A stretch of 33,633 bases of DNA, from the NCBI GenBank assembly GCA_964392195.1, contig CAYMQR010000003.1, positions 1 through 33,633 on the forward strand, given 5' to 3'. The stretch is from an uncultured bacterium. Its GTDB lineage: Bacteria > JADJOY01. The position numbers and the translations under genes were made by a program. The notes under the pieces are model-generated. The model had not been told where the DNA came from and searched no databases. It saw only the letters and a program-made list of their open reading frames with translations. Below are positions 9,510-16,999 of the stretch, one piece after another; the first letter of the stretch is position 1, and every line of letters begins with the position of its first letter.

Positions 9510-10562
9510 TCACGTTCGAGCCGTGATCCGGCGCAGCCCCAGATACGCGAGCCCGCCGAGGATGATCGAGAAGAAGAGCAGCATCACGTGGACGCCGAAC
9601 GCCGTGAGCAGCGCGATGCTCTTGTCGACGCCGAGCACGCCGTGGAACACGACGCTCCAGGCCCATTCGTAGGTCCCCATCCCGGCGATGCCGTGGAACG
9701 GCGTGATGGTCGTCAGCTCCGCCGCGGTCGAGCCGATCACCACGCCCCAGAAGCTCATCTTGGAGGCGGTGCCCGCGTCGTGCATGGCGTGCACCATCAA
9801 CGTGAACGAGAGGAACTTGGCGTACCAGATCACCAGCGACAGGAGGCCGGCTTTCACGTAGGTCGAGGCGCCGGACGTGCGCTCGAACGTCTCGACCATC
9901 CGCTCCGCCGTCTGCTCGATGCGCGCCCTGAGGCTTCCCGGTCTGGCGTTCGCGAGATCGGCGCCGAGCCAGCGATGGATCCAGGCCACGATTCGCGGCA
10001 TCGCGACCAGCCCGCCGGAGAGGACGACGACGCTCGCGACGGCGACGAGCGGCAGGTCCCGGAAAGCCTCCACGGTGTGAGCGCCGCGGAACGAGGCCAC
10101 CGAGAGCAGGAAGATCAGTCCGAGCGTGATGAAGTCGAGGAACCGCGACACCACCAGCGAAACGACCCCGTCGGCGGCGGATAGTCCCTTCTTCTCCCGG
10201 AGCAGCACGACGTAGGAAAGCTCGCCGATCCGGCTGGGAAGGAGGTTGTTGTACATGATGTGTGCCGACGTGATGAGGTAGAGCTCGGCGAACGACAGGT
10301 CCTTGCGCTGCAACAGCACCTGCCAGCGCAACGCGCGGGCGACGTAGCTACCCGCGTAGATCAGGAACGCCGCGACCACCAGCCCGGGACGGATGTTGGC
10401 GGCGAAGCGCGCGATCTCGTCCCACTGCAACCCGCGCAGCAGCCACCACACGAGACCGACCGTCAGCACGACGGCGAGCGCCTCGCGCCACGGCGTCGGG
10501 GCACGCGGCTCCGACGGCGCGCCGGGCAACGGGGCGGCGATCGAGCTCTCGGTGGAGGTCAA
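9510..10562 (-). CDS. UPF0104 / LPG-synthase-TM flippase-like membrane protein
   Basis: 350 aa and polytopic. The segment RALRWQVLL...LLPSRIGELSYVVLLR is characteristic of the flippase-like domain commonly paired with GtrB-like GT2 genes. The ORF-track start is TTG with no clear SD, so the start is uncertain. Confidence 0.6.
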   Translation of the reverse strand: MTSTESSIAAPLPGAPSEPRAPTPWREALAVVLTVGLVWWLLRGLQWDEIARFAANIRPGLVVAAFLIYAGSYVARALRWQVLLQRKDLSFAELYLITSAHIMYNNLLPSRIGELSYVVLLREKKGLSAADGVVSLVVSRFLDFITLGLIFLLSVASFRGAHTVEAFRDLPLVAVASVVVLSGGLVAMPRIVAWIHRWLGADLANARPGSLRARIEQTAERMVETFERTSGASTYVKAGLLSLVIWYAKFLSFTLMVHAMHDAGTASKMSFWGVVIGSTAAELTTITPFHGIAGMGTYEWAWSVVFHGVLGVDKSIALLTAFGVHVMLLFFSIILGGLAYLGLRRITART

Positions 10563-10904
10563 GGCGGGTTGGCTGGACCTCGGCGATCGCGGCGACGTGG
10601 GAGTCCGCCGTCGGATCGGCCGTCGCCGCGACGAGCGGGTCCGCGGCTCGCGCTCGCGCGCGCCATCCCCCTCGGCTCTGGCCCTGCGGCGTCGCGAAGC
10701 TACGGCACGATGACGCGCCTTGTCAAACGATCTCGAACCCGCGTCGGTGAGCCGTCCACAACCTCGGCACGGCGCGCGCTGCTTGCGGTGCCCGCGAGGA
10801 CGGCGCTACCATTGATCTTTCGATTCGGTGGCTTCCGAGGCTCCGTCGCGGTCGGGAGCCGAGCTCGAAGCCGCCCCCCTCCCGACGGAGGAATCCGCTA
10901 GCCC
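10563..10904. promoter_or_regulatory. Divergent intergenic control region between the glycan operon (-) and the radical SAM operon (+)
   Basis: At 342 nt this is the largest non-coding gap in the window and is flanked by divergently oriented first genes. I could not identify convincing -35/-10 or -24/-12 boxes by eye. Confidence 0.4.
10830..10891 (+). promoter_or_regulatory. Structured 5' leader of the first radical SAM gene: a bipartite hairpin plus a hairpin that occludes the Shine-Dalgarno sequence
   Basis: In the bipartite hairpin (10830-10872), GGCTTC...GAAGCC encloses GGCTCC...GGAGCC. It is followed by CCTCC (10878-10882) / loop CGAC / GGAGG (10887-10891), where GGAGG is the only SD-like sequence upstream of ATG 10905. 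Confidence 0.3.
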
Positions 10905-12311
10905 ATGGCCGCTCGACGCGCTCTCTTCATCAACCCGCCGACCGGCAACTACATCCGGGACGACCGCTGCCAGGTTCCGGTCGAGAACTCGACGAGCGTG
11001 CTGCGCGCGCCCATCGACCTCGCCTACATGGCGGCCATGGTCGAGCAGGTCGGCTGGGAAGCGCGGATCGTCGACTATCCGGCGGAAGGTCTCGCCTGGA
11101 AGGACTTCGAGCGCGACCTCGACGTGTTTCGCCCCGATCTCCTCGCGGTGAGCACGACCACGCCGACGCTCCCTGGGGACATGAGGGCGTGTGAGCTCGC
11201 CAAGGCGCGCAACCCGGCGGTGCTCACGATCGCCAAGGGTGCCCACGTCACCACCCACGACGCCGAGACCCTCGCGGCCTTCCCGCAGCTCGACATCGCC
11301 ATCCGAGGCGAGTGCGAGGAGCTGCTCGGCGAGCTCCTCGCCACCGCTGATCGCTCCTCCGTCCTCGGCATCAGCTACCGGGACGGGGACCGGATCCAGC
11401 GCAACCCGGACCGCCCGCGACTCGAGGACCTCGACAGCCTGCCGTGGCCGGCCCGTCACCTCATGAACAACCGGCTCTACATCCGGCCCGACACCGGCGA
11501 GCCGCAGACCACGATCCAGACCAGCCGCGGCTGTCCGGCACGCTGCATCTACTGCCTCGTTCCCACGCTCAGCGGATTCGATACGTACCTGCGCTCGCCG
11601 GCGAGCATCGTCGCCGAGATGAAGCACTGCGTGACTCGCTTCGGCATCCGCAACTTCTACTTCCGCGCCGACACGTTCACGCTGCAGAAGTCCTGGACGA
11701 TCGAGCTCTGCAAGCTCATCCAGGAAGCGAACATGGACGTCGAGTGGGTCTGCAACAGCCGCGTCGACACGATGGACCCCGAGCGCGCCCGCGAGATGCG
11801 CAAGGCCGGTTGCTGGATGGTGGGCTTCGGGGTCGAGTCCGGCAACCAGGAGATCCTGCGCCACATGAAGAAGGGCGCGACGCTGGCGCAGGCCGAGCGC
11901 GCGATCCAGGCGTGCAAGGATGCCGGGATCAAGACCTACCTGTTCTGGGTCCTCGGCAGCCCCTGGGAGACCGCCGAGACGGCGCAGGACACCATCGACT
12001 TCGCGCGCAAGCTCGACGGCGACTTCTGCGAGTTCCACATCGCGTATCCGTTCCCCGGCACGCCGCTCCACGAGATCTGCACCGAAGAGGGTCTGCTGGG
12101 CGAGGAGCAGCTCACGGGACGCAACGTGAAGCAGGCCGTGGCGCGCAGCTACGCCCTCACCGCGGCCGACCTCAAGAAGATCCAGACCCGGGCACTCCGG
12201 TCGTTTTACCTGCGGCCGAGCTACGTCGCTCGAACCCTGCGCTCGATCGACTCGCCGGTGAAGCTCTGGAACTACGCCCGCCGCGGCCTCCAAGTGCTCA
12301 CCCACCCCTGA
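10905..12311 (+). CDS. B12-binding-domain radical SAM enzyme (class B), paralogue 1
   Basis: 468 aa. The N-terminal cobalamin-binding-type domain includes LFINPP...PIDLAYMAAMVEQVGWEARIVD. The radical SAM cluster motif CPARCIYC is at 11532-11555, and the SAM-binding-type segment GFGVESG is present. An in-frame TAG immediately upstream fixes the ATG. Confidence 0.88.
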   Translation: MAARRALFINPPTGNYIRDDRCQVPVENSTSVLRAPIDLAYMAAMVEQVGWEARIVDYPAEGLAWKDFERDLDVFRPDLLAVSTTTPTLPGDMRACELAKARNPAVLTIAKGAHVTTHDAETLAAFPQLDIAIRGECEELLGELLATADRSSVLGISYRDGDRIQRNPDRPRLEDLDSLPWPARHLMNNRLYIRPDTGEPQTTIQTSRGCPARCIYCLVPTLSGFDTYLRSPASIVAEMKHCVTRFGIRNFYFRADTFTLQKSWTIELCKLIQEANMDVEWVCNSRVDTMDPERAREMRKAGCWMVGFGVESGNQEILRHMKKGATLAQAERAIQACKDAGIKTYLFWVLGSPWETAETAQDTIDFARKLDGDFCEFHIAYPFPGTPLHEICTEEGLLGEEQLTGRNVKQAVARSYALTAADLKKIQTRALRSFYLRPSYVARTLRSIDSPVKLWNYARRGLQVLTHP

Positions 12312-13183
12312 TGCACGAGACCCAGCGCAACCACGACCGGCGGACCGACGTGAGCGAGATCCCGTCTAACACCCGAAGAGGCGAGCGATCAGCCGCCGAA
12401 CCCGCCCGCGACACCACGACCCACGCCTCGACGGCGAGCGGTCCGGCGCATCGCGTGACGGTGGTGCTGCCCGCGTACAACGCCGCGCGGACCCTAGAGC
12501 GCACCTACGCGGACATTCCCAAGCACGCCGTCGACGACATCATCCTCGTCGACGACGCGAGCCACGACGAGACCGTCGAGAAGGCCCGCCAGCTCGGCAT
12601 CCACGTGATCGTGCATCCCGAGAACCGGGGATACGGCGGAAACCAGAAGACCTGCTACACGGCGGCGCTCCACCGCGGCGCCGAGGTGATCGTCATGGTC
12701 CACCCGGACTACCAGTACGATCCCCGGGTGCTGCCCGACCTCATCGCGCCGATCCTGAGTGGCCGCGCCGACGTGGTGTTCGGATCACGGTTGGCCACCC
12801 GCGGCGGCGCCCTCGCCGGCGGCATGCCGCTCTACAAGTTCATCGGCAACCGCTTCCTCACGACGATCGAGAACGTGGTCTTCGGTCGCAACATGAGCGA
12901 GTACCACACCGGGCTCCGGGCCTACAGCCGCCGGTTTCTCGAGTCCATCCCGTTCATGAGCAACTCGGACGGCTTCGGCTTCGACTCGGAGGTCGTGGGG
13001 CAGATCGTCACAGGCGGTTACCGCCTCGAGGAGATCCCGGTCGAGACCCGGTACTTCCGGGAGGCGTCGAGCGTGAACCTCAAGATGAGCGTCCTCTACG
13101 GGCTGAAGACGCTCTCGGTCTGCGGACACGTCCTGTGGTTCCGCCTTCGGCGCCTGGTCGGAGCGGCTCCGGACCGAATTTGA
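12311..13183 (+). CDS. GT2 family glycosyltransferase (soluble, about 290 aa)
   Basis: The ORF 11444..13183 was trimmed to ATG 12311 (TGATG overlap with the rSAM stop). Motifs seen: VTVVLPAYNAARTL, ILVDDASHDET, NRGYGGNQK and HPDYQYDP (DxD-like). The first 45 or so residues are low-complexity, so a later GTG near 12455 is possible. Confidence 0.8.
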   Translation: MHETQRNHDRRTDVSEIPSNTRRGERSAAEPARDTTTHASTASGPAHRVTVVLPAYNAARTLERTYADIPKHAVDDIILVDDASHDETVEKARQLGIHVIVHPENRGYGGNQKTCYTAALHRGAEVIVMVHPDYQYDPRVLPDLIAPILSGRADVVFGSRLATRGGALAGGMPLYKFIGNRFLTTIENVVFGRNMSEYHTGLRAYSRRFLESIPFMSNSDGFGFDSEVVGQIVTGGYRLEEIPVETRYFREASSVNLKMSVLYGLKTLSVCGHVLWFRLRRLVGAAPDRI

Positions 13184-13237
13184 CGGGCCTCCGTCCGCGT
13201 CACTACCTTGGACCCATCAGTGAGCTCCGGGATCCAG

Positions 13238-14836
13238 ATGACGTCATCCAGTAGCGACGCGGGCGCCAGGATCGCGCTGGTACGCCCGCCGATCCTGAAG
13301 ATGACCCGGAGCTTGAGCTCCTTCGGGGTCATCCTCCCGATCGGGATCGCGTACGTGGCGGCGGTGCTGCGCCGCGAGGGCCACCGGATCCAGGTCCTGG
13401 ACGCGCCGGGGCTGGCGCTCGACACGTTCCGCCCCCAGCCGAGCCCCATCGGGACGCTCGAGCTCAACGGGCTGAACCCGGAGGAGATTGTCGAGCGGAT
13501 CGATGCCGACACCGAGGTGATCGGCATCACCCACATGTTCCTCCACGAGTGGCCGATGGTGCGCGAGATCGCCGAGCGCGCCCGGGCGCGCTTCCCCCGC
13601 GCCACGATCGTGCTCGGCGGTGAGAACGCCACGGCTTACCGCCGGTGGATCTTCCAGCAGACCGACGCGGTCGATTACTGCGTGCTCGGCGAGGGCGAGC
13701 TGACGATGGCCGAGCTGGTGCGCCGGCTCCGCAGCGGCGAGACGGCCGCCGGTCTGCAGGGCGTCGCATCGCGCGACCCATCGTTGCACCTCGGGCAACC
13801 GAGCCTGTCGCCCCGGCAGGTCGACGTCGACTCCTTCCCGCGGCCGGCCTGGGACCTGTTCCCGGTCGAGGGCTACATGAAGGTGGCCGACACCTTCGGT
13901 GTCCACCGCGGCCGCTCGATGCCGATGCTCGCGACGCGTGGTTGTCCATACCAGTGTACGTTCTGCTCGTCGCCCGACATGTGGACCACCCGCTACGTTG
14001 CTCGGGACGCCGCCGACGTCGTCGACGAGATGACCACGTACGTGCGCCGCTACGGGGTCGAGAACATCAACTTCTGCGACCTCACCGCGTTCGTGAAGCG
14101 CGAGTGGGCGCTCGACTTCGTCACCCGGCTGAAGGAAGCCAAGCTCGACATCGCCTGGCAGCTTCCCGCGGGCACCCGCTCCGAGGCCCTCGACCTCGAC
14201 GTCCTGGCGCTCGCTTACGAGACCGGGTGCCGGAACATCACCTACGCACCCGAGAGCGGGTCGGCCGATCAGCTCGGCCGCATCAAGAAGAAGGTCAAGA
14301 TCCCGCGGCTGGAGGAGTCGCTCCGCACCGCCCACAAGGTCGGCGTCGTAACCCGGATCAACCTGATCATCGGTCATCCGCACGAGACTGCGCGCGACCT
14401 GTGGCAGTCCTACCTTTTCTTGCTGCGCGTGGCGCTCTCGGGCTGCCGCGACGCTTCGGTGATGATCTTCGCGCCGTATCCGGGCAGCGCCGACTTCGAG
14501 GAGCTGATGGCGGCGGGCCGGATCGAGATGACGCCGCAGTATCACTACGCGGCGCTGGTCCGCTCCGGGCTCAGCAGCGTCACGTACAACAAGACGTTCG
14601 GCACGCGCGCGCTGTTCGCGATCCAGTACTTCTTCCTGGTGTCCTTCTACGGGCTCGCGTACCTGAGCCGCCCGTGGCGCTTCATCGACCTGGTCCGCAG
14701 CCTCGTCACGGGCCAGGAGACGAGCAACCTCGACACCCTCGTCCGGGTGAAGATCAAGCGCCGGCTCGGGGATCGGCTGAAGCGTGGGCTCGGCGGTAGG
14801 CCGACCGGCGCCGTCACCGTGGCCGAATCAGCGTGA
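13238..14836 (+). CDS. B12-binding-domain radical SAM enzyme (class B), paralogue 2, with a C-terminal hydrophobic helix
   Basis: Motifs seen: IALVRPP...PIGIAYVAAVLRREGHRIQVLD (B12-type domain), CPYQCTFC and YAPESGS. The hydrophobic segment RALFAIQYFFLVSFYGLAYL is at about 14606-14677. ATG 13238 was chosen; the ORF-track TTG 13208 is the alternative. Confidence 0.85.
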   Translation: MTSSSSDAGARIALVRPPILKMTRSLSSFGVILPIGIAYVAAVLRREGHRIQVLDAPGLALDTFRPQPSPIGTLELNGLNPEEIVERIDADTEVIGITHMFLHEWPMVREIAERARARFPRATIVLGGENATAYRRWIFQQTDAVDYCVLGEGELTMAELVRRLRSGETAAGLQGVASRDPSLHLGQPSLSPRQVDVDSFPRPAWDLFPVEGYMKVADTFGVHRGRSMPMLATRGCPYQCTFCSSPDMWTTRYVARDAADVVDEMTTYVRRYGVENINFCDLTAFVKREWALDFVTRLKEAKLDIAWQLPAGTRSEALDLDVLALAYETGCRNITYAPESGSADQLGRIKKKVKIPRLEESLRTAHKVGVVTRINLIIGHPHETARDLWQSYLFLLRVALSGCRDASVMIFAPYPGSADFEELMAAGRIEMTPQYHYAALVRSGLSSVTYNKTFGTRALFAIQYFFLVSFYGLAYLSRPWRFIDLVRSLVTGQETSNLDTLVRVKIKRRLGDRLKRGLGGRPTGAVTVAESA

Positions 14837-14841
14837 ATGCG

Positions 14842-14878
14842 TGACGCCTCGACGACACGTGTCGCGTCGAGGCGGTCA
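14842..14878. terminator. GC-rich hairpin between convergent genes (candidate bidirectional terminator)
   Basis: TGAC+GCCTCGACG (14842-14854) pairs with CGTCGAGGC+(G)+GTCA (14865-14878), giving about 13 bp with one bulge and a 10-nt loop. It lies in the 80-nt gap between the rSAM stop (14836) and the fbp stop (14917). There is no U-tract. Confidence 0.5.
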
Positions 14879-14916
14879 GGGTTGGCGGCGGGCCTGGGAC
14901 CCGGCGCCCCGGCTGG

Positions 14917-15918
14917 TCACGCCTTACCCTGGATGTAGCGCTCCGCTTCCTCGACGTCCTCGGCGCTGCCGATGATGAGCGGGACGCGCTGGTGGAGGCC
15001 CTCCGGCTGGATCTCCAGGATCCGCTGGCTCCCGGTCGACGCCGCACCACCGGCTCGCTCGCAGATGAGCGCCAGCGGCGCCGCCTCGTAGAGCAGCCTG
15101 AGTTTGCCCTTCGGCGACTTGGAGTCCGCCGGATACAGGAAGATGCCGCCGTAGAGCAGCGTGCGGTGGAAGTCCGCGACGAGCGAGCCGATGTAGCGCG
15201 CCTTGTACGGCAGATTCTTGGCCTTGTCGATCGTCTTCAGGCGATCGATGTAGCGGCGCGTACCCTCGGGCCAGAGGTGGTAATTGCCCTCGTTGGTGCT
15301 GTAGATCGAGCCGCGCCTCGGAATGCGAATGTCCTGGTGCGAGAGCAGGAACTCGCCGACGCTCGGGTCGAGCGTGAAGCCGTGCACGCCGTCGCCGGTG
15401 GTGAACACGAGCATCGTCGAGGTTCCGTAGAGCACGTAGCCGGCGCACACCTGCTCGACACCCGGCTGCATGCAGTCCTGCGGCGTCCCCGGTCCGCTCG
15501 CGCTGCGACGGCGGTGCACCGAGAAGATCGTGCCGATGTTGACGTTCGCGTCGATGTTGCTCGACCCGTCGAGCGGGTCGAAGTTGAGGATGTACTTCCC
15601 GTGCGGGAACCCGTCCGGGATCGGGATGATGTCCTTCTCTTCCTCGGACGCCATCGTGCACAGGAGGCCGGGGTACTGGAACATCCGGATCATCGTCTCG
15701 TGGGCGAACACGTCGAGCTTCTTGACTTCCTCCCCCTGGACGTTGACCGCGCCCGTCGCGCCGAGCACGTCGACGAGCCCCGCATGCGATACCTCACGCT
15801 GGATGACCTTGGCGGCGAGCGCGATGTGCGTCAGCAGCGCCGAGAACTCGCCCGTGGCCCCGGGGTGACGGTGCTCGGTCGAAAGGATGAATCGGTTGAG
15901 GGTCATCGCTTCGGCCAT
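14917..15918 (-). CDS. fbp: Fructose-1,6-bisphosphatase class 1
   Basis: The ORF 14917..16140 was trimmed to ATG 15918 (MAEAMTLNRFILSTEHRHPGATGEFSALL...), which has a GGGAGG RBS 5 nt upstream. FBPase I motifs are present: FDPLDGSSNID, GYVLYGTSTMLV, ARYIGSLVADFHRTLLYGGIFLYP and LRLLYEAAPLA. Confidence 0.93.
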   Translation of the reverse strand: MAEAMTLNRFILSTEHRHPGATGEFSALLTHIALAAKVIQREVSHAGLVDVLGATGAVNVQGEEVKKLDVFAHETMIRMFQYPGLLCTMASEEEKDIIPIPDGFPHGKYILNFDPLDGSSNIDANVNIGTIFSVHRRRSASGPGTPQDCMQPGVEQVCAGYVLYGTSTMLVFTTGDGVHGFTLDPSVGEFLLSHQDIRIPRRGSIYSTNEGNYHLWPEGTRRYIDRLKTIDKAKNLPYKARYIGSLVADFHRTLLYGGIFLYPADSKSPKGKLRLLYEAAPLALICERAGGAASTGSQRILEIQPEGLHQRVPLIIGSAEDVEEAERYIQGKA

Positions 15919-16030
15919 CGCAACCTCCCTTTCCTGGGTGGGGGATCCGGATTCCGGAGAGCCCAAGGAGGCCGAACGTAGCGGGCGCCGTTCGACCCCG
16001 GCAACCGTGCGCGGAAGGCGTGCTCGAGCA

Positions 16031-16060
16031 CGGCGGAGACTCGTTTCCCGGGCTCCGCCG
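16031..16060 (-). terminator. Hairpin immediately after the REC-PilZ stop codon
   Basis: CGGCGGAG (16031-16038) pairs with CTCCGCCG (16053-16060): 8 bp with a 14-nt loop, starting 1 nt from stop 16062-16064. The perfect palindrome GTGCTCGAGCAC (16020-16031) abuts it. There is no U-tract. Confidence 0.35.
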
Positions 16061-16061
16061 C

Positions 16062-16946
16062 TCAGGTTCCGTCGCCCGCCTCGCGGTCGGGGGATGCGGG
16101 CTCGAGACCTCCGAGGGGCCCGGTCTCGGCTTCCAGCCACGGTGCACGGGCCTTGGCTGCCCCGCCATAGCGTTCCAGGTAGCGAACGATCGCCGCGCGC
16201 GCGACTGCCGGCACGTCCTCGAACTCGAGTCCCATTCCTTCCCGGACCTGGACCTGTGCCCCCCGCTTCCCGCCCACGTTGATCCGCACGACCCGGCCTC
16301 GCAGGGCGAGCTCGGCGTTCGCGCCCGGGAGCACGAACCGCATCGACACCTTGGTGTCGACCGGGAACGGTGCGTCGGTCTCGACGAAGGCGCCAGTCGC
16401 GCTCACGTCGGTGAGCAGCCCCTCTAGCCTCTTGGCGAAGAGCCCGAGCACGACAGGCGCCGCCACGGCGACGCGTGGGTGGCGTCGCTGCTCGGGCCTA
16501 CCCGGGGAGAACGACTCGAGCACCGCCTCGGCGAGGTCCGCCGCGGCCCACGACCTGCTCGCACACCGCGTGATGCCGCACGCCTGGCAGACCTCCGGCG
16601 AGGTCGGGTCGAACGGGTCTTCGACGATCCAGACCGGCACATCGCCGAGCAGACCCTTGGCCTTGAGCCAGCTCAGCACCCCGAGTCCGTCGAACTCGAG
16701 CTGACCGACGTCCACCATCACGAGATCCGCACGGCGCCGCTCGGCCCTGAGCCATTCGTACGCCTCGTCCGGGTCCGCGAGCAGCACCGGCGTGAGCCCG
16801 CGCTCGGCGAGGCGCTCCGGCAACTCGGATCCCCGGGCCAGGCCTTCGCCGACGAGAGCGACACGGGGCGAAGAGCGCTGGCGGTCGGGTTGCATCGATC
16901 GGTGAACGCTCGGCGGCGCGGTGAGGATCCCGGGAGATCGTAGCAT
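16062..16946 (-). CDS. Receiver-like domain + PilZ domain protein (putative c-di-GMP receptor)
   Basis: The C-terminal PilZ motifs are RRHPR (RxxxR) and DVSATGAFV (DxSxxG). The N-terminal CheY-like fold (ADLVMVDV...VPVWIV) has ALVGEG where the usual acidic DD pair sits. The start is ambiguous: ATG 16946 or ATG 16895, neither with an SD. Confidence 0.72.
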   Translation of the reverse strand: MLRSPGILTAPPSVHRSMQPDRQRSSPRVALVGEGLARGSELPERLAERGLTPVLLADPDEAYEWLRAERRRADLVMVDVGQLEFDGLGVLSWLKAKGLLGDVPVWIVEDPFDPTSPEVCQACGITRCASRSWAAADLAEAVLESFSPGRPEQRRHPRVAVAAPVVLGLFAKRLEGLLTDVSATGAFVETDAPFPVDTKVSMRFVLPGANAELALRGRVVRINVGGKRGAQVQVREGMGLEFEDVPAVARAAIVRYLERYGGAAKARAPWLEAETGPLGGLEPASPDREAGDGT

Positions 16947-16999
16947 CCGGGCGCGGGATCGCGGCTCGTGCTTGCGAGCGCTCGGCAGAGAAAGATACG
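16947..16999. promoter_or_regulatory. Short divergent intergenic region (REC-PilZ on the minus strand, seven-gene operon on the plus strand)
   Basis: This is the only non-coding DNA upstream of the 17000-25733 operon. It contains the palindrome CGAGCGCTCG and a small GCTCG/CGAGC hairpin. No consensus promoter was recognised. Confidence 0.3.

Noticed and set aside
10563-10904. Possible cobalamin riboswitch upstream of the B12-dependent radical SAM operon
   Set aside because: I looked for the B12-box (AGYCMGGAGACCKGCC-like) and the conserved GCCACTG core and found neither. Only a superficial GGAATCCGCTA resemblance exists. An Rfam RF00174 scan would settle it.
10806-14545. Minus-strand ORFs 10806..12305 (499 aa) and 13244..14545 (433 aa)
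   Set aside because: Both are exact antisense shadows of the two B12-radical SAM genes. They have no motifs and a biased R/G/D/V/A composition.
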